A stretch of 63,572 nt of DNA, filler included, from Reclinomonas americana ATCC 50394 (GCA_048213135.1; 55 parts of 55 records of this genome joined end to end with filler, not necessarily neighbours in it); one strand, 5' to 3'. Positions 1-12,786 are shown, numbered from the whole stretch's first letter. Program-made: numbers and translations. The notes: a model not told the origin generated them from the sequence alone.

Positions 1-89
<89 letters not shown>
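1..89. repeat. (CA)n microsatellite (representative of many CA/GT, GA/CT and GGA tracts at contig ends)
   Basis: Pure CA run; similar runs at 15117-15190, 23236-23302, 24150-24289, 46148-46260 and others. Confidence 0.99.
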
Positions 90-90
<1 letters not shown>

Positions 91-212
91 ACGAGAGAAG
101 AGAGAGAGTGTGAGAGAAAAGAGAGAGAGCGTGTGTGAGAGAGAGAAGAGAAGAGAGAGACAGAGAGACGCACACACACACACATACACAGCCGCGCCTG
201 CCAACCACTCAC

Positions 213-470
213 CACCACACTTTGACCGTCCCTCTCATCTTCCTCCTCCTCTGCCTCCTCTTCCTCGTCTTCCTCATCACCCTCCATGCCCTCATCTCCC
301 TCATCAGCAGCATCAGCAGCAGCACTGGCACCTCGTCTCTTCCTCTTGGCGTACTTGACAGGCGTGCTAAACACCTTCTCAATCAACTCGCTCACCACCG
401 AGCGCACAGAGACCATCTCACAAGAGGAAGCAGCAGCAGATGCGCTCATTGCCTCGTCCTCGTCCATCAT
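213..470 (-). CDS. First exon of an acidic eukaryotic protein with an NLS-like KRKRR
   Basis: MMDEDEAMS...KYAKRKRRG...EEDEEEEAEEEEDERDG, ending at a GTGAGT donor at 212. Confidence 0.5.
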
Positions 471-840
471 AGAAGAGGCGGGGTGTGGATGGCTCGCAGC
501 GTACATATTATTATCGCAAACGCAAATGGGGTGCGTGTGTTTTTGCGCGAAATGAGACGCGAGCGCGATTGTCGATTGTCCGGTTTATCGTAAAGGGGAG
601 TTTCCGCGTGTGGAGTCCGTGTTTGTGCAGCAGGAGCGTGTTGAGGATTGTGCATTCTATGCGGTGCGACCGAGGGTCGAGGTTTTGGAATTGCAGAAGG
701 AGAAATATTGCGAGAATAACAGTAACAACTGTTCGAATTCGTACACCAACAAACAAGCAAAAGCTGTCTTGATGACCAAGTTCAACCGTATCCAAAACGT
801 CAACACCTACACTAGCTGTCGTGGGGCCGCAGCAAGTTCC

Positions 841-871
<31 letters not shown>

Positions 872-1064
872 CGCTCTCGGCCGCAGAGCTTTGAACAAGT
901 CGAGAACTGCGATCTTCACTGCGTAGGCGAGTTTGACCAGCGGATTTGACGCACTTGCATAGGCACATAGCGTTTTCTGCGATCGTACACGGCACATCGA
1001 ATTCGGGAAAAAGCCATAGCCAGGCAAACAAACTAAACATGAGCCGTGGTTTCTCTTGCAGAAA

Positions 1065-1164
1065 NNNNNNNNNNNNNNNNNNNNNNNNNNNNNNNNNNNN
1101 NNNNNNNNTTAATTAATTAANNNNNNNNNNNNNNNNNNNNNNNNNNNNNNNNNNNNNNNNNNNN
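1065..1164. other. Artificial contig linker N44-TTAATTAATTAA-N44 (first of 54; recurs about every 1.16 kb up to 62421-62520)
   Basis: Identical 100-bp spacer with a six-frame stop palindrome; composition changes abruptly across linkers. Confidence 0.99.
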
Positions 1165-1165
1165 C

Positions 1166-1594
1166 GACGACCTCCGCTCCGCCGCCCTCCGCGCGCTCGC
1201 GGACGAGGTCGACGCGCGCCTCGACGGTGTGCGCATCGCTCTCGCCCAGCGCGGGGTGAGCCCGGCCGTGATCGCCGATCTGATCACCGAGGGACTCGAC
1301 GACGCCCGTGCCGTGAAAGCCGATCGGGCCGTCGTCACCGCCGCGATCCACGACCCCCGCCTGCGCAAGCTCGCGCGGCACCTGTCCGAGCAGCTGGTCT
1401 CCTTCCTCGAGCCCGCCTACGGGGTACGACAGGGCGACGGCCGCGATGATCTTCATCGACGGCTCATGTGGAGCACCCAGATCCGGGAGACCACCCTGGA
1501 TCGCGCGTTCATCGAGACCGTGCTCACGCAGCTCCTCGGCATGCCCGAGACTGATACCACCCCCGGTCGCACCGCAGCGTCCTCCGCACACTGA
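1166..1594 (+). CDS. Bacterial transcriptional regulator C-terminal part, probably TetR family (5' partial)
   Basis: High-GC3 ORF directly upstream of an RND efflux gene; HTH not present on the contig. Confidence 0.5.
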   Translation, partial: DDLRSAALRALADEVDARLDGVRIALAQRGVSPAVIADLITEGLDDARAVKADRAVVTAAIHDPRLRKLARHLSEQLVSFLEPAYGVRQGDGRDDLHRRLMWSTQIRETTLDRAFIETVLTQLLGMPETDTTPGRTAASSAH

Positions 1595-1609
1595 ACCGAG
1601 GAATCCGCC

Positions 1610-2223
1610 TTGCCGAATCTCGCCGTCCTGAGCTTGAAGAACCGGGCGCTCATCGCGCTCATCACGATCGTCGCCGCGGTGTTCGGCGGTCTGGCGCTGA
1701 CCAACCTCAAGCAGGAGCTCATCCCCTCGCTCGAGCTGCCCAACCTCATGGTCATGACGACGTACCCCGGCGCCTCGCCCGAGGTCGTCGAGAACGACGT
1801 GTCGACGCCGGTCGAGTCGGCGATCCAGGGGGTGCCCGGCCTCGAGGGGACGACGGCGACGAGCACCACGAACGCGTCGATCGTGCAGGCGACCTTCGCC
1901 TACGGCACGAACCTCGCGACCGCGGAGCAGAAGATCCAGCAGGCCATCAACCGCATCTCGAGCCAGCTCCCCGAAGACGTGAGCCCCCAGGTGCTCGCGG
2001 TGTCGATCGACGACTTCCCGGTGATCCAGGTCGCGGTCACCGGATTCGAGGACGCCGACAACGCCCAGGCCGAGCTCCAGAGCGTCGCGATCCCCGACCT
2101 CGAAGACGTCGACGGCGTCAATGCCGCGCAGCTCATCGGCGGCGTCGGCCAGCGCATCACCATCACCCCGACTTCGCGCTGCTCGCCGCCGAAGGCCAGA
2201 GCACGCAGGCCATCACGTCGGCG
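1610..2223 (+). CDS. RND efflux permease (AcrB/AcrD/AcrF family) N-terminus, actinobacterial type (3' partial)
   Basis: TM1, then ELIPSLE..TTYPGASPEVVENDVSTPVESAI; GAGGA RBS before a TTG start; 1-nt frameshift in a C run near 2168. Confidence 0.9.
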
Positions 2224-3529
2224 NNNNNNNNNNNNNNNNNNNNNNNNNNNNNNNNNNNNNNNNNNNNTTAATTAATTAANNNNNNNNNNNNNNNNNNNNN
2301 NNNNNNNNNNNNNNNNNNNNNNNTTACACGAATGAGGATGAGAATGACGTGAGGGCGAAAGAGAGAAAGAAAGGGGAATGCAAGGAGGGGGAGGAGAGGA
2401 TGATGGAGGCATACAGTGGAGCAAGTGAGAGAGATGGAACGAGAGAGATGCAAGGAGGAGGGGAGTATGAAATCTAAGAGTGGGATAGAAGAAGAAAGGA
2501 GGAGGATGGTTGAAAGTATGGGCATGCGTGATGGACGTGTGGAGAAAGCAGCTGCAGAAGTAACAATGCAACGAGAGAGAGATGCATGCAAGTAGCAGTC
2601 TCAGAGAGAAGAATGAGATACAAGCGGAAGAAAAGGAGAATAGGATATGGGATTATGTGGAGGGAGGATGCAGATGTGATGGATATGCATGATGGAGATG
2701 GAATTGTGGAGGGTAGGGGGTGTTTCGTACGCAGGAAGACATGCACGGAGGAGGAGGGGAGTATGAGAGAGAGGTATCTATGATGATTTGCTCTTCGTGA
2801 CCACCGATAGCTCCAATGAACTGCAATTATTCTCGACGATCATTCTCTTTGTTCACTTGCACTTCAAACATAAGAGGGCAAGAAAATCACGGCAACTACA
2901 AGGTCAAGTAGCAGCATCAGGAAGGGTGCGTCACACCGCCGATGATCGAAGCAAGCTGACTTAGCACGCCGCTTGTCTGCCCGTGCTCACTCTGCACCCG
3001 GCGTTCCATGTCGTGTACAGCGCGTGACGATGCAATCGCAATTTCGAACATGCGACATATTGCGACCCGCTGGCTGCAGAGAGCAGTGAATTGTTGTTAC
3101 AACCAGCGCTGATCTGCATGCCATACTCGAACAGACAACACGCGGGCGCACCTGTCATGCAGTTGCAGAATGCTTTCACGGCGCGCGACAAGTCCCTCTG
3201 CACATTCAACAGTCGTATGAACGCCATGAAACACACGACCACTGCATATGCATATCACCAGGCACACACACCAACAGAGAAGGGCTCGCGATCGTGTTGA
3301 CTGGAACCATCCCTTCCTTCTTGACCCATAGATACATCAGTGTTGGAATTAGCGGGGGCTGGCACTTGCACTGGGGGTGCAACACTNNNNNNNNNNNNNN
3401 NNNNNNNNNNNNNNNNNNNNNNNNNNNNNNTTAATTAATTAANNNNNNNNNNNNNNNNNNNNNNNNNNNNNNNNNNNNNNNNNNNNATCCCGCTTGCCCG
3501 GCAGCTTCCCGAACAGTCCGCATGTCATC

Positions 3530-4549
3530 TCAAATCCCCGCCGGACAACGGATTTCACGCAGCGCGGGCAGCACCAGCGGGTTCTTCAGCGAGCCGACGC
3601 CGAACTGGTAGCCGATCTGACGGCCGCCGGCGGCGAGGGTGAAGACGACATTGTCGCCCTGGCGCAGCACCGAGCCGGCATCGAGCAGGCGGAAGAACGA
3701 CCAGACGCCGGTGCGGTCGAACATCTTCACCTCGGTCGGCGCCGCCGGCGTCGGGCTGTTGGAGAAGAAGCCGCCGCCGAAGATGCCGCCGGCATTGTTG
3801 TTGGCGGCAGCAGCGCCGCCGATCGTCAGCGTGATCGAGGTCTTGGCGAGGCCGCCGCCTGGCCACATCACCGGGGTCGGCGTGTTGACGCCCTGCTGGC
3901 TCGCCACGGTGAAGCCGTTGATCTCGAGCTTGGCGCCGGAAGCGTCGGAGGAGAGGGTGGTCGGCACCACCACCATCTGGAAGTTCGGCAGGTTGCCGCC
4001 GGTCGGGAAGAAGGCCTCGCGGATGTCGTTCGCGCGCTGGAACTCGCGCAAGGTCGTCGGCGAGAGGGCGCGGGCGACGCGGCTGTCCTGGCGCCAGCTC
4101 CAGTTCTGGCCGGACTTGTCGATATAGGGGTCGAGCCGCTCCTTCATGAACTTGTCCATCGCACCGGTGCCCGGCGCGAAGAGCTGGGCGAAGTCGGCAA
4201 GGCCGATCTCGCTCGTGCTGCCCTTGGCGAAGGGATAGCGGTTGGCCAGCAGGCTGGAGCACCGGCCGGTGACCTCGCTGGCCAGCGCCTGGCGCAGCAG
4301 CGAGACGGTCGCGCCGGTGGCATCGCCCTCGAAATCGTTCACGGCAGCGACGATCATCGCGTCGAACGGCGCCGGATAGCGCGAGGAGTTGCCGCGCAGC
4401 GAGGCGATCAGCGGCACCAGCGCGGCATTGGCCGCGGCGGCCTGCGCCGGCGTGGTCGCGGCCATTGCCAGATTCTGGTTGATCTCGGCAAAGATCTGCA
4501 ACGCCTGGTCGACCGGCCGCTTGCCGCCATCGCCCTCGACCAGGACGTG
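3530..4549 (-). CDS. tssM: Type VI secretion membrane subunit TssM/IcmF C-terminal region (5' partial)
   Basis: C...ANRYPF, DFAQLFAPG.G.MDKF, IREAFF, GVWSFFRLLD and terminal NPL..PALREIRCP motifs. Confidence 0.9.
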   Translation of the reverse strand, partial: HVLVEGDGGKRPVDQALQIFAEINQNLAMAATTPAQAAAANAALVPLIASLRGNSSRYPAPFDAMIVAAVNDFEGDATGATVSLLRQALASEVTGRCSSLLANRYPFAKGSTSEIGLADFAQLFAPGTGAMDKFMKERLDPYIDKSGQNWSWRQDSRVARALSPTTLREFQRANDIREAFFPTGGNLPNFQMVVVPTTLSSDASGAKLEINGFTVASQQGVNTPTPVMWPGGGLAKTSITLTIGGAAAANNNAGGIFGGGFFSNSPTPAAPTEVKMFDRTGVWSFFRLLDAGSVLRQGDNVVFTLAAGGRQIGYQFGVGSLKNPLVLPALREIRCPAGI

Positions 4550-4649
4550 NNNNNNNNNNNNNNNNNNNNNNNNNNNNNNNNNNNNNNNNNNNNTTAATTA
4601 ATTAANNNNNNNNNNNNNNNNNNNNNNNNNNNNNNNNNNNNNNNNNNNN

Positions 4650-4680
<31 letters not shown>

Positions 4681-5812
4681 CACAGAGGAGAGGGTGAGGT
4701 CAAGACAAAAGAGGACGAGGAGCACTGGGAGAGCAAGTGAACGATAGGCAGCAAGTGAGAGGAGAGTGAATGGAGAGAGGAAGTGTGATACAGAGAGAAG
4801 AAGAAGGTATGAAGTGAGGCAACAACAGAGAGAGAGAACGATACACAGGGAGAGAACAGGAGAATGAAAGGCAGGGTTACGGAGGAATGAGAGGACAGAG
4901 AAGAAGCGAGAGAGAGAACAGAATAGTGGTGAGAGAGTGAGAAAGAGTAGAGAAAGCGCACTGGAAGAACAGGAGAACGTGAGGCAGAAGAAGGAGAAGG
5001 AGGAGAAGAAGAAGAAGAAGAAGAAGAAGCATAACAAGAGAGAAAGACAAACACAGAGAGGACACAGCCGCGAGAGGAGAGACAGAACGTCAAGAGAGGC
5101 CGGGCAACAGCACAGAAGGAGCAGAATGCAAGCAAGACAACAACAGAGCCCGCTGATAAAAGGCAATCACCTCCAGCAAGTCAGCCGAGGTGCGCTCCAC
5201 CACAGGCGCCACTGGTGCCGCATCCGGCAACGTATCCAGCACACTGTTGCTGCCACTCCCCGACGCATCTCCCCCACTTGCACTGCCACTGGCCTCGCCC
5301 GCATCCGTGTGACTCCCCGATGGCGATCCAATCCCATAATCATCACTGGCGTGTGGCATGAAAATGAGAGGAAAACGGGAGGGAAATGCATGGAGAGACG
5401 GAGGAGACCCCGAAGAAGAGTGACTGCGGGAAATTGTTCACCGATGTTCGTGACATTCTCTCTCACGCACACAGTGAGATGAAGAGAGTGTTGTCAGAGA
5501 CTCTCTCGTACACACACTCTGCCTCTCTCTAATGTGAGTGATAATGCGCGTATCGGAATAACAAACCGGCATCTCGCTCACTCACACATACACACAGAGG
5601 GACAACATGACACGCGTGCACACACACAGCGTGCCACACACAGAACACGCTGCCTGTGTGCCTCTCAGGCGCACGTCTCTTTGTGTGCGCGCGTGAGATG
5701 GCTCTCACTCATNNNNNNNNNNNNNNNNNNNNNNNNNNNNNNNNNNNNNNNNNNNNTTAATTAATTAANNNNNNNNNNNNNNNNNNNNNNNNNNNNNNNN
5801 NNNNNNNNNNNN

Positions 5813-6661
5813 CCCGCATTTCTGTTGAGCAGGGCTGCAACAAGAAGAGGATACTGGTGAAGGCATTCGGCCTCGTGGCACCTGTGGCCATGCCATCTAC
5901 TGTCCTCCATCATCAGCGCCTTCTCTTTCAGCTTGCCTGTGATGAATGCGGAATACCGTCAGAGGGACCTGGCTGTCCATCATCCGCTGTCATGTCTGCA
6001 TTTGGCGAGAGTCTTGCCAAAAGTGCCAACACGGCACGCAGCAAGACGCCCAAGTCGGTTCAAGGTGTGCTGGCGAGCGTGAGCAAGTTCATCGAGGTAA
6101 GTGTCGGTGTTTTGTGCTGTTTCACTATCATGGATACGCGGCTGGTGACTGACTTGAGTTCAATGTATGCGGGACCATTAGAAGAGCGGTCTTCGAGGAG
6201 CTGCGCTGGTGGATGCTGTCGAGAGACCACTGATTGTGGTTGGCGATCGTGGCTACTCTGAGGCATGTCTCCTGGATGTGTGGTTCTGTGGATCGATGCT
6301 AGCTTGCTCACTATGCGTACTCTCGGGTGACAGGAATTTGCAAAGTTGCCGAGGCGAGGTCCTCCAAATTCTCTTCTGCCATTTGTCACGCAGGCCATGC
6401 ATCTGCTCCGCGACTATCCAGGTCTGCTGGCCAGTCTGCTTCGAGATGGTTGTCTTTCGAAGGTGGAGATTGAGCGTGCTGGTGAGTGCTTGTCACGTGA
6501 CAATGTTGGTGCACCTTGTTGTTGTTGCGTGTCGTTTCATCATGAGCACTGACGAGCATAATGTAGTGTATGGTGACGAGAAGCCGGTGAAGATGGAGGT
6601 GGTGAAGAAAGAGGAGAAGAAGGAGGAGGAGGAGGAGGAGGAAGAGGAAGAGGACATGTAG
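5813..6661 (+). CDS. Spliced hypothetical eukaryotic protein with an acidic C-terminal tail (partial)
   Basis: Exons <5813-6096, 6182-6262, 6334-6481 join in frame (middle intron GC-AG); last exon ends EEEEEDM*. Confidence 0.55.
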
Positions 6662-7620
6662 AGCAAGCAGTTCGAGAGGAAGGTATTGCCGTGAATGGAC
6701 GATGATATGCCTGCACCGGTGCGTGGCGAGGGAGGGGTGAGGGACACGGGAAGAAGTTTCACTGTGTTAGCAGCAAATGCAGACTGCAGGTTGTTTGTGA
6801 AATAGATGGAGCTTGTCCAAGAAGGAAAGAAGAGAGCAGAAACCGCAGTTCACCAAGAGGGACGATCTGAGCAGCNNNNNNNNNNNNNNNNNNNNNNNNN
6901 NNNNNNNNNNNNNNNNNNNTTAATTAATTAANNNNNNNNNNNNNNNNNNNNNNNNNNNNNNNNNNNNNNNNNNNNGTCGTGACTGCACTGGCGGTGAGTG
7001 GGAAGATGACAGAAGGGAGTCACGAGAGAAACGCAACGACGCAGTAATGGCTCCACGAGCGGGAGAACGGCTGCGGGTGCGCAAAGCGGGCGGCGAGCGA
7101 TTGATCAGAATGTCGGCCGGCCTGCAGTAACACAATAGTCGGATCAGACGAAAGGCAAGTATATCACACTGTCTTCAACCAGGTCATGCATCGCTTCCTC
7201 TTTCTGCCTGTCTCTCTCACTGTTGAAATGTCTCAATCTCGCAGACTCTCTGTTTGCTCTCTCCCGCTCTCTGTCTCTATGTGTATGTCTTTCCCGCTCT
7301 CTCAGTCTCATTGCTCAGCACGCACACACACACACATACACACATACTCTTCGCAAGTGTGAATGAGACAACCCGTGACGGAACAGAGAGAGAGAGAGAA
7401 AGAGGAGACAAAGAGAGATTGAGAGAGCAGACAAGAGAGACAAGACAGACAGAGAGAGGGGAAGCCAGACAGACAGACAAAACAGAGACAGAGCGGGAGA
7501 AACAGACTCATACACACACACCTCCACAGAGAGAATACTAGCCTCGTGGCAGCTTCTCTAGCCGTCAGTCCCTCTTCTCTTCGCTCTCTCTCTCTCTCTC
7601 TCTTTCTCTTTGGCACAAAC

Positions 7621-7923
7621 CTGGCAATCGAGCTGCGGGAGCGACGCACCGCCGACGAGCGATCCTTGCTGTCGGTGCTGCTCTGCGACTGCTTCTCGAA
7701 ATCGGCATGCCTGGCGTGTCGGCTTGTGTGAGTGGGAGAAAGGAGAGACCACAGAGCCCCCACAGTGAGCTCAACGCAACTCGGCGAGGGGCAACGTGCT
7801 CGAGCGGCGCACGCTGGACTCCGGTGGCAGCATGAATTCAATGGACGGGTCGGCCTTTTCCAGTTGGTGCATGAAGCCGGGGTTTTGTATGATGTCGCGG
7901 ATGGAGTCCAGCGCCTTGGCCTT
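7621..7923 (-). CDS. Two internal exons of an unknown eukaryotic protein
   Basis: Exons 7923-7781 and 7710-7621 join in frame (LAE|HADFEKQ) through a GTTGCGT...CAG intron. Confidence 0.55.
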
Positions 7924-8179
7924 CTGCTCGACGGGGAAGGGGAGGGTGAGGGAGAAGAGGGAGAGGGAGAGGGGGGAGAGGGAGAGGGGGGAGGAAGAGG
8001 GAGAGGGAGAGGGAGAGGGAGAGGGAGAGGGAGAGGGNNNNNNNNNNNNNNNNNNNNNNNNNNNNNNNNNNNNNNNNNNNNTTAATTAATTAANNNNNNN
8101 NNNNNNNNNNNNNNNNNNNNNNNNNNNNNNNNNNNNNGCCTTTCCATGGAAGCAACAACACCAGCACACCACACGCAAC

Positions 8180-9131
8180 ATGTCACACCGCCAAGTGTTC
8201 GACAACTCGGGGAACGATTCCTCGAACACGTTGGTGCCTGCTTTGCACGCATCAGCAAACAAACTCACAACCTCAATACTCCTCCTCAGAAAAGGCAACA
8301 AACCATTGCAAGCTCCCTTGCCAGCATCGTACTGCGAACCGCCGCCAACCATCGTCGATCCAGTCGGACACGACACGCGCACCGTATCAGCCTCTGGCGC
8401 ATCCACTTGCACCTGCGTGTGTCGCCACATGTAACAGTGAGCAATACTATTGGACACACAGGTCGCAATCCCCACCGGCGCCACTCACCACTTCGACCTT
8501 GCGCGCGCACGGGAACTTGGCGCATCGAGCAAAGCACCACGACGGCGCAGGCGTGGTTCCTGCAGACACATCCACAACCCACGTAGTCAGCTTCTGCATG
8601 CGCTCTGCAACACCCACGACTGGTCGCCGACAATACAACGCACCTGGCAGGCCGACCTTGCACTGCCATCCGCTGCTGTCACTCTTCGGACGCGACTCGC
8701 TGTACGCGAACCGATCCAGCGGCTGTCCCTTCAGGCCACTGGTGCCGATCGAGATACCGCCGCCAAGCGCCTGCGCACATGTCGCGGTTGTCCGTTCAGC
8801 ATTCACCACAACCCACATCCATCTGTGCACAAACACAAAATACGACGCACCTGGTAGCCGCTTGGGCAATTGGCCACCGACTTGCCGGAGGCATCAGAAT
8901 CGCCTTGCGCAGTCACAATCACAGTATCCTTCGGCAGTCGGCAGCACCGAGCGAAGCAAGACCACTTGCCGCCGCTGATGCCACTGCGCATGCACAGGCG
9001 AGAACAAGCACGCACGCACACGAATCGTTAGGCATCGGTCTGCAAATACAAATATCTACTTTTCTTCTTCTGCCGACTCACACTTGGCACTTCCATCCGT
9101 TTTCGTACGGCTTGCTGTCCATCAGCACCGA
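8180..9131 (-). CDS. Multi-exon Cys-containing repeat protein (C-P-x-G..GGG / S-x-P..W-x-C modules), probably secreted
   Basis: SKPYENGWKCQ; VANCPSGYQV; CAQALGGG..SRPKSDSSGWQCK; VSCPTGSTMVGGG..SFPELSNTWRCD. Confidence 0.6.
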
Positions 9132-9302
9132 CCTGCAACATACCAAGACGAGACAAGCAGTCAGACAAACAATCGATCATCGGCGTACGCTAGCCCCCCC
9201 NNNNNNNNNNNNNNNNNNNNNNNNNNNNNNNNNNNNNNNNNNNNTTAATTAATTAANNNNNNNNNNNNNNNNNNNNNNNNNNNNNNNNNNNNNNNNNNNN
9301 CC

Positions 9303-9988
9303 TCTGCTCAAGCACCATCCGACGAAGGCAGTTCGCCCGAACCTCAGCAGCCGCCGGTGGAGCCCATGTCCAGCGCCGACTTTTTGCCGGCCGCGGGGAC
9401 CTTGGACGCGACGCTGTACGGCGGCGGCGGCGGTGGGCGACAGTCACCACCACTCACCGCTCGGCGACGACCCATTAGTGCGAGTGCGCACTCGATTCGT
9501 CGGCCACACACGCCACCACTGTATGGCACTGACACTCGACCGGCGAGCGCCTCCAGTGTGCGCTCACGACCAATGCCGCCGACACCACGGTCGACGCGTC
9601 ATCGCTTCCGCGGCAAGCCAACGGTGCAGGAAGTGATGACTGCCGACCACGTGCCCACCCATCGGCGAGCGTTCCGGCGAGAGCTCAACCGATTGACTCG
9701 TGCCACGTATGAGCTGGCGGAGAGCAGCATGCTCCGACATCGGCGCAAGCAACAACAGTCGCTGTTTGCGCATGTACCATTCGATGCCGCCAGTTTGCTG
9801 AAGGACGACCCGAGTGACGCGTGGAGCGCTGAGCTTGCCGATGATAGTGCCCTGCCGCGCCTGTCCAATGTTGTGCGCTCGGATCGCGTGTTGATGGTGA
9901 GGGGGGGAAGGAAGAGGGGCGAAGTAGGAAAGGTGAAGGGAGAGGAGAAGCGTAGAGAAGGGCGAAGGAAAGAGAGTGGCCAAGAGAG

Positions 9989-10022
<34 letters not shown>

Positions 10023-10282
10023 AGCAAGCGGAGAACGGGGAGTATGCGAGGCAATGGTATGCAGGCTTCGTAGTATTCGCTGTGCTGATGCGAGTGACAA
10101 CAGAGTTCACGGACGGAGCGGCCAGCGACAGGTCTCAGACCGACGCCTCCCAAGGTACTATTTGTTTGGTCGCCGGTGGTGCACACGACACGACGATACT
10201 CATATCGTACTTGCAGGATCCACCAACGCCGACGAGTGACGGGCAACAGCGACGTCGGCGACCAGTTGGAAAACAGAAATAA
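9303..10282 (+). CDS. Low-complexity hypothetical eukaryotic protein, 3' exons
   Basis: Long open exon to a GTGAGG donor at 9897, then two short AG/GT-bounded exons and TAA at 10280-10282. Confidence 0.4.
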
Positions 10283-10597
10283 TGAAAGGTATTCAATTGT
10301 GTGGAGAGGGAGGGGAAGGGGAGGGAGGAAGCTATATTTCGATCTGGGATTCGTGCTTGTCNNNNNNNNNNNNNNNNNNNNNNNNNNNNNNNNNNNNNNN
10401 NNNNNTTAATTAATTAANNNNNNNNNNNNNNNNNNNNNNNNNNNNNNNNNNNNNNNNNNNNTCTCTTCCCCCCATCTCTTCCCCCCATCTCTTCCCCCCA
10501 TCTCTTCCCCCATCTCTTCCCCCCATTTCTTCCCCCTTCTCTTCTCCCCCCTTCTCCCCCATTCCTCACTCTCCTCCTCCTTCTCCTCGATTGCAGC

Positions 10598-11207
10598 GCC
10601 CTGGAAGAAACCAAACTCCTCCAACAAATGCGCACCCGCAAGAAGGGTCTGAAGGTGACCCGCGACGACCCCACCGGCGTGGCCAACGCACTGGCCGCCA
10701 TCTCCAAGCGCAAGAAGAAGAGCAAGGCCGGCTCCGGCACCGAGGACGACGAGGACGAGGAGGAGCTGGACGAGAACGGGAAGAAGTACGGCTTGCAGCT
10801 GGGCAAGGGCGGCAACATGGAGTCGCTGGATCACAGCTTCACGGCGGCGTCGAATGTCGACCGCACCGACAAGAAGATGGAGGAGTGGATCCGGCAGGAG
10901 ATGATCAAGAGCGGCATTCTGCGCGTGGAGGAGGAGGCGGCACCGGAGAACCCGTTCGACAAGATCTACGAGATCCCCGAGACGTTGAAGCTGCCGCCAA
11001 AGCAGGTCGACGAGTCACTCAACAACTTCCTCACGGGCATTGTGGAGGTGGATTTGCCGATCGATGTCAAGCTGCGCAACATTGAGGAGACGGAGCGTGC
11101 ACGCAAGCAGGTGTCGGAGGAGCGGCGCAAGAAGACTCTGGCGCAGCGGTACAATTTGCCCACCAGCGTCGGCTCCGACTCGACCTACGTCAGTTTCCAC
11201 CGACGAT
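10598..11207 (+). CDS. C9orf78: C9orf78/HCA59/Tls1 splicing-factor homologue (Hep_59 domain), internal exon
   Basis: DKKMEEWIRQEM, IYEIPETLK, FLTGIVEVDLPIDVKLRNIEETERAR. Confidence 0.9.
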
Positions 11208-11490
11208 GTTGCGTAGTGGGGTCTCTCTCTCTCTCGCACACACACACTCTCTTTCTCGCCTTGACATCGTCTCTTCGTCGATTTGTCGCCCTTATTTATT
11301 TCCTGCTTGCATTCTTGCCTTCTCACCCTCTCGCCCACTCGACGAATGATGGGGAAATGGCAGCGGGAGAGCCAAGCAAGTGAGCGAGAGAGAACAAGAA
11401 TGAGAAAGAGGGAAGGAGAATGTGAGAGAGAGGCCGTCGCCCTTTCTCTCCGTCGCCTTGTCGTTTCTCTCTCATTCTGTCCCCGCTCAC

Positions 11491-11524
<34 letters not shown>

Positions 11525-11959
11525 NNNNNNNNNNNNNNNNNNNNNNNNNNNNNNNNNNNNNNNNNNNNTTAATTAATTAANNNNNNNNNNNNNNNNNNNN
11601 NNNNNNNNNNNNNNNNNNNNNNNNAGAGCAGAAGACGTCTTGTCGTCCTCTCTCTCTCTCTCTCTCTCTCGCGTGTGTTACTACTCTCTGCTTCAGTGCG
11701 TTTCGTGTTCTTTTCCGTGTGAGTGTTTTGTGTTGTGTTCGGACTTCTCATGGCGAGTGGCAGTGGAGAGTTGCGGAGGAACACAGTGCGATGATGCGTG
11801 CCTCTCTCTCCTCTCACACTCACCCTCACATCTGTGTATTTTCCCGCTCAGTGTTGTGGCACACGACGCCAGTGACGACACTGCTGCTGGTGGGAGTGTA
11901 ATCATCCAACTCTCCCATCTCCCTCTCTCTCCCTGTGTTGTTGACCCTCATCTGCTCAG

Positions 11960-12686
11960 CCTCACATCCACTGATCGCCCGCACCATCAATCCCGTGACT
12001 GCGTTCCGTTTCCCAAGTCGGCGTGCTCTGGCTGCCTCTCTCGCCACTCGCATTGTAGACGCCGTGCAAGGTTCATTCTCTCCACTCCTCGCTCGCTCCC
12101 CTCCTTCCTTTCTACCCTCACTCTCGAGCGCAGCTCATCGACCGATCATTGTGGTGCTGACGGGCGACGGCGGCACTGGCAAGTCGTTCCTGGTCGAGCT
12201 GGTGATCACCGAGTTGCAGGCGACGGAACAATGGAGCGGTTCGGCCGTGTCGATGGAGATGCGTGGTCACGTTGGCGACGCGAGGGAGCACGTGAAGGTG
12301 CGTCATGACACATTCCTCTCGCGCTTCTCTTGAACTCACTCTTGTGTGCAGGCCGAGAATGCACTGGGCGAGTGTCTGCGTGCGTTTGTGGCGGCGCAGA
12401 TGCGTGCGGACGAGGTGGAGGGTCGACGCATGGCGATTCAAGTGGACGCACTGCTGGCCGGTGGCGATGCAGAGCCCGCGCGTCGTCTCGTGCGTCAGTT
12501 GATGCACGCGTCGAGTGGAGCAATGGTGCTCGACAATGTCGCGTCTGTGCAACAAGTGATGGATGTTGTTGGCTGCGCTGGTGGTGAGTGTGAAGCCTCC
12601 ACTCTCCCTCTCCCTCTCCCCCTCACCCTCACTGCTCCACACAGATGGCATGGTGGCTCCGATTGTGGTGGTGACGAGTCGATTTG
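11960..12686 (+). CDS. STAND-class P-loop NTPase (NB-ARC/NACHT-like), spliced, partial
   Basis: Walker A IIVVLTGDGGTGKS and Walker B MVLDNV; in-frame intron 12298-12351. Confidence 0.7.
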
Positions 12687-12786
12687 NNNNNNNNNNNNNN
12701 NNNNNNNNNNNNNNNNNNNNNNNNNNNNNNTTAATTAATTAANNNNNNNNNNNNNNNNNNNNNNNNNNNNNNNNNNNNNNNNNNNN

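Noticed and set aside
2165..2223. Pseudogenised RND transporter
   Set aside because: One missing C in a homopolymer near the contig end restores ITPDFALLAAEG, so a sequencing error is more likely.
1165..4549. Horizontal transfer of bacterial genes into the eukaryote
   Set aside because: Bacterial and eukaryotic sequences are on separate contigs, so adjacency is artificial.
6230..6262. DDE transposase from the VVGDRGY motif
   Set aside because: It is a single short motif with no other catalytic blocks or terminal repeats.
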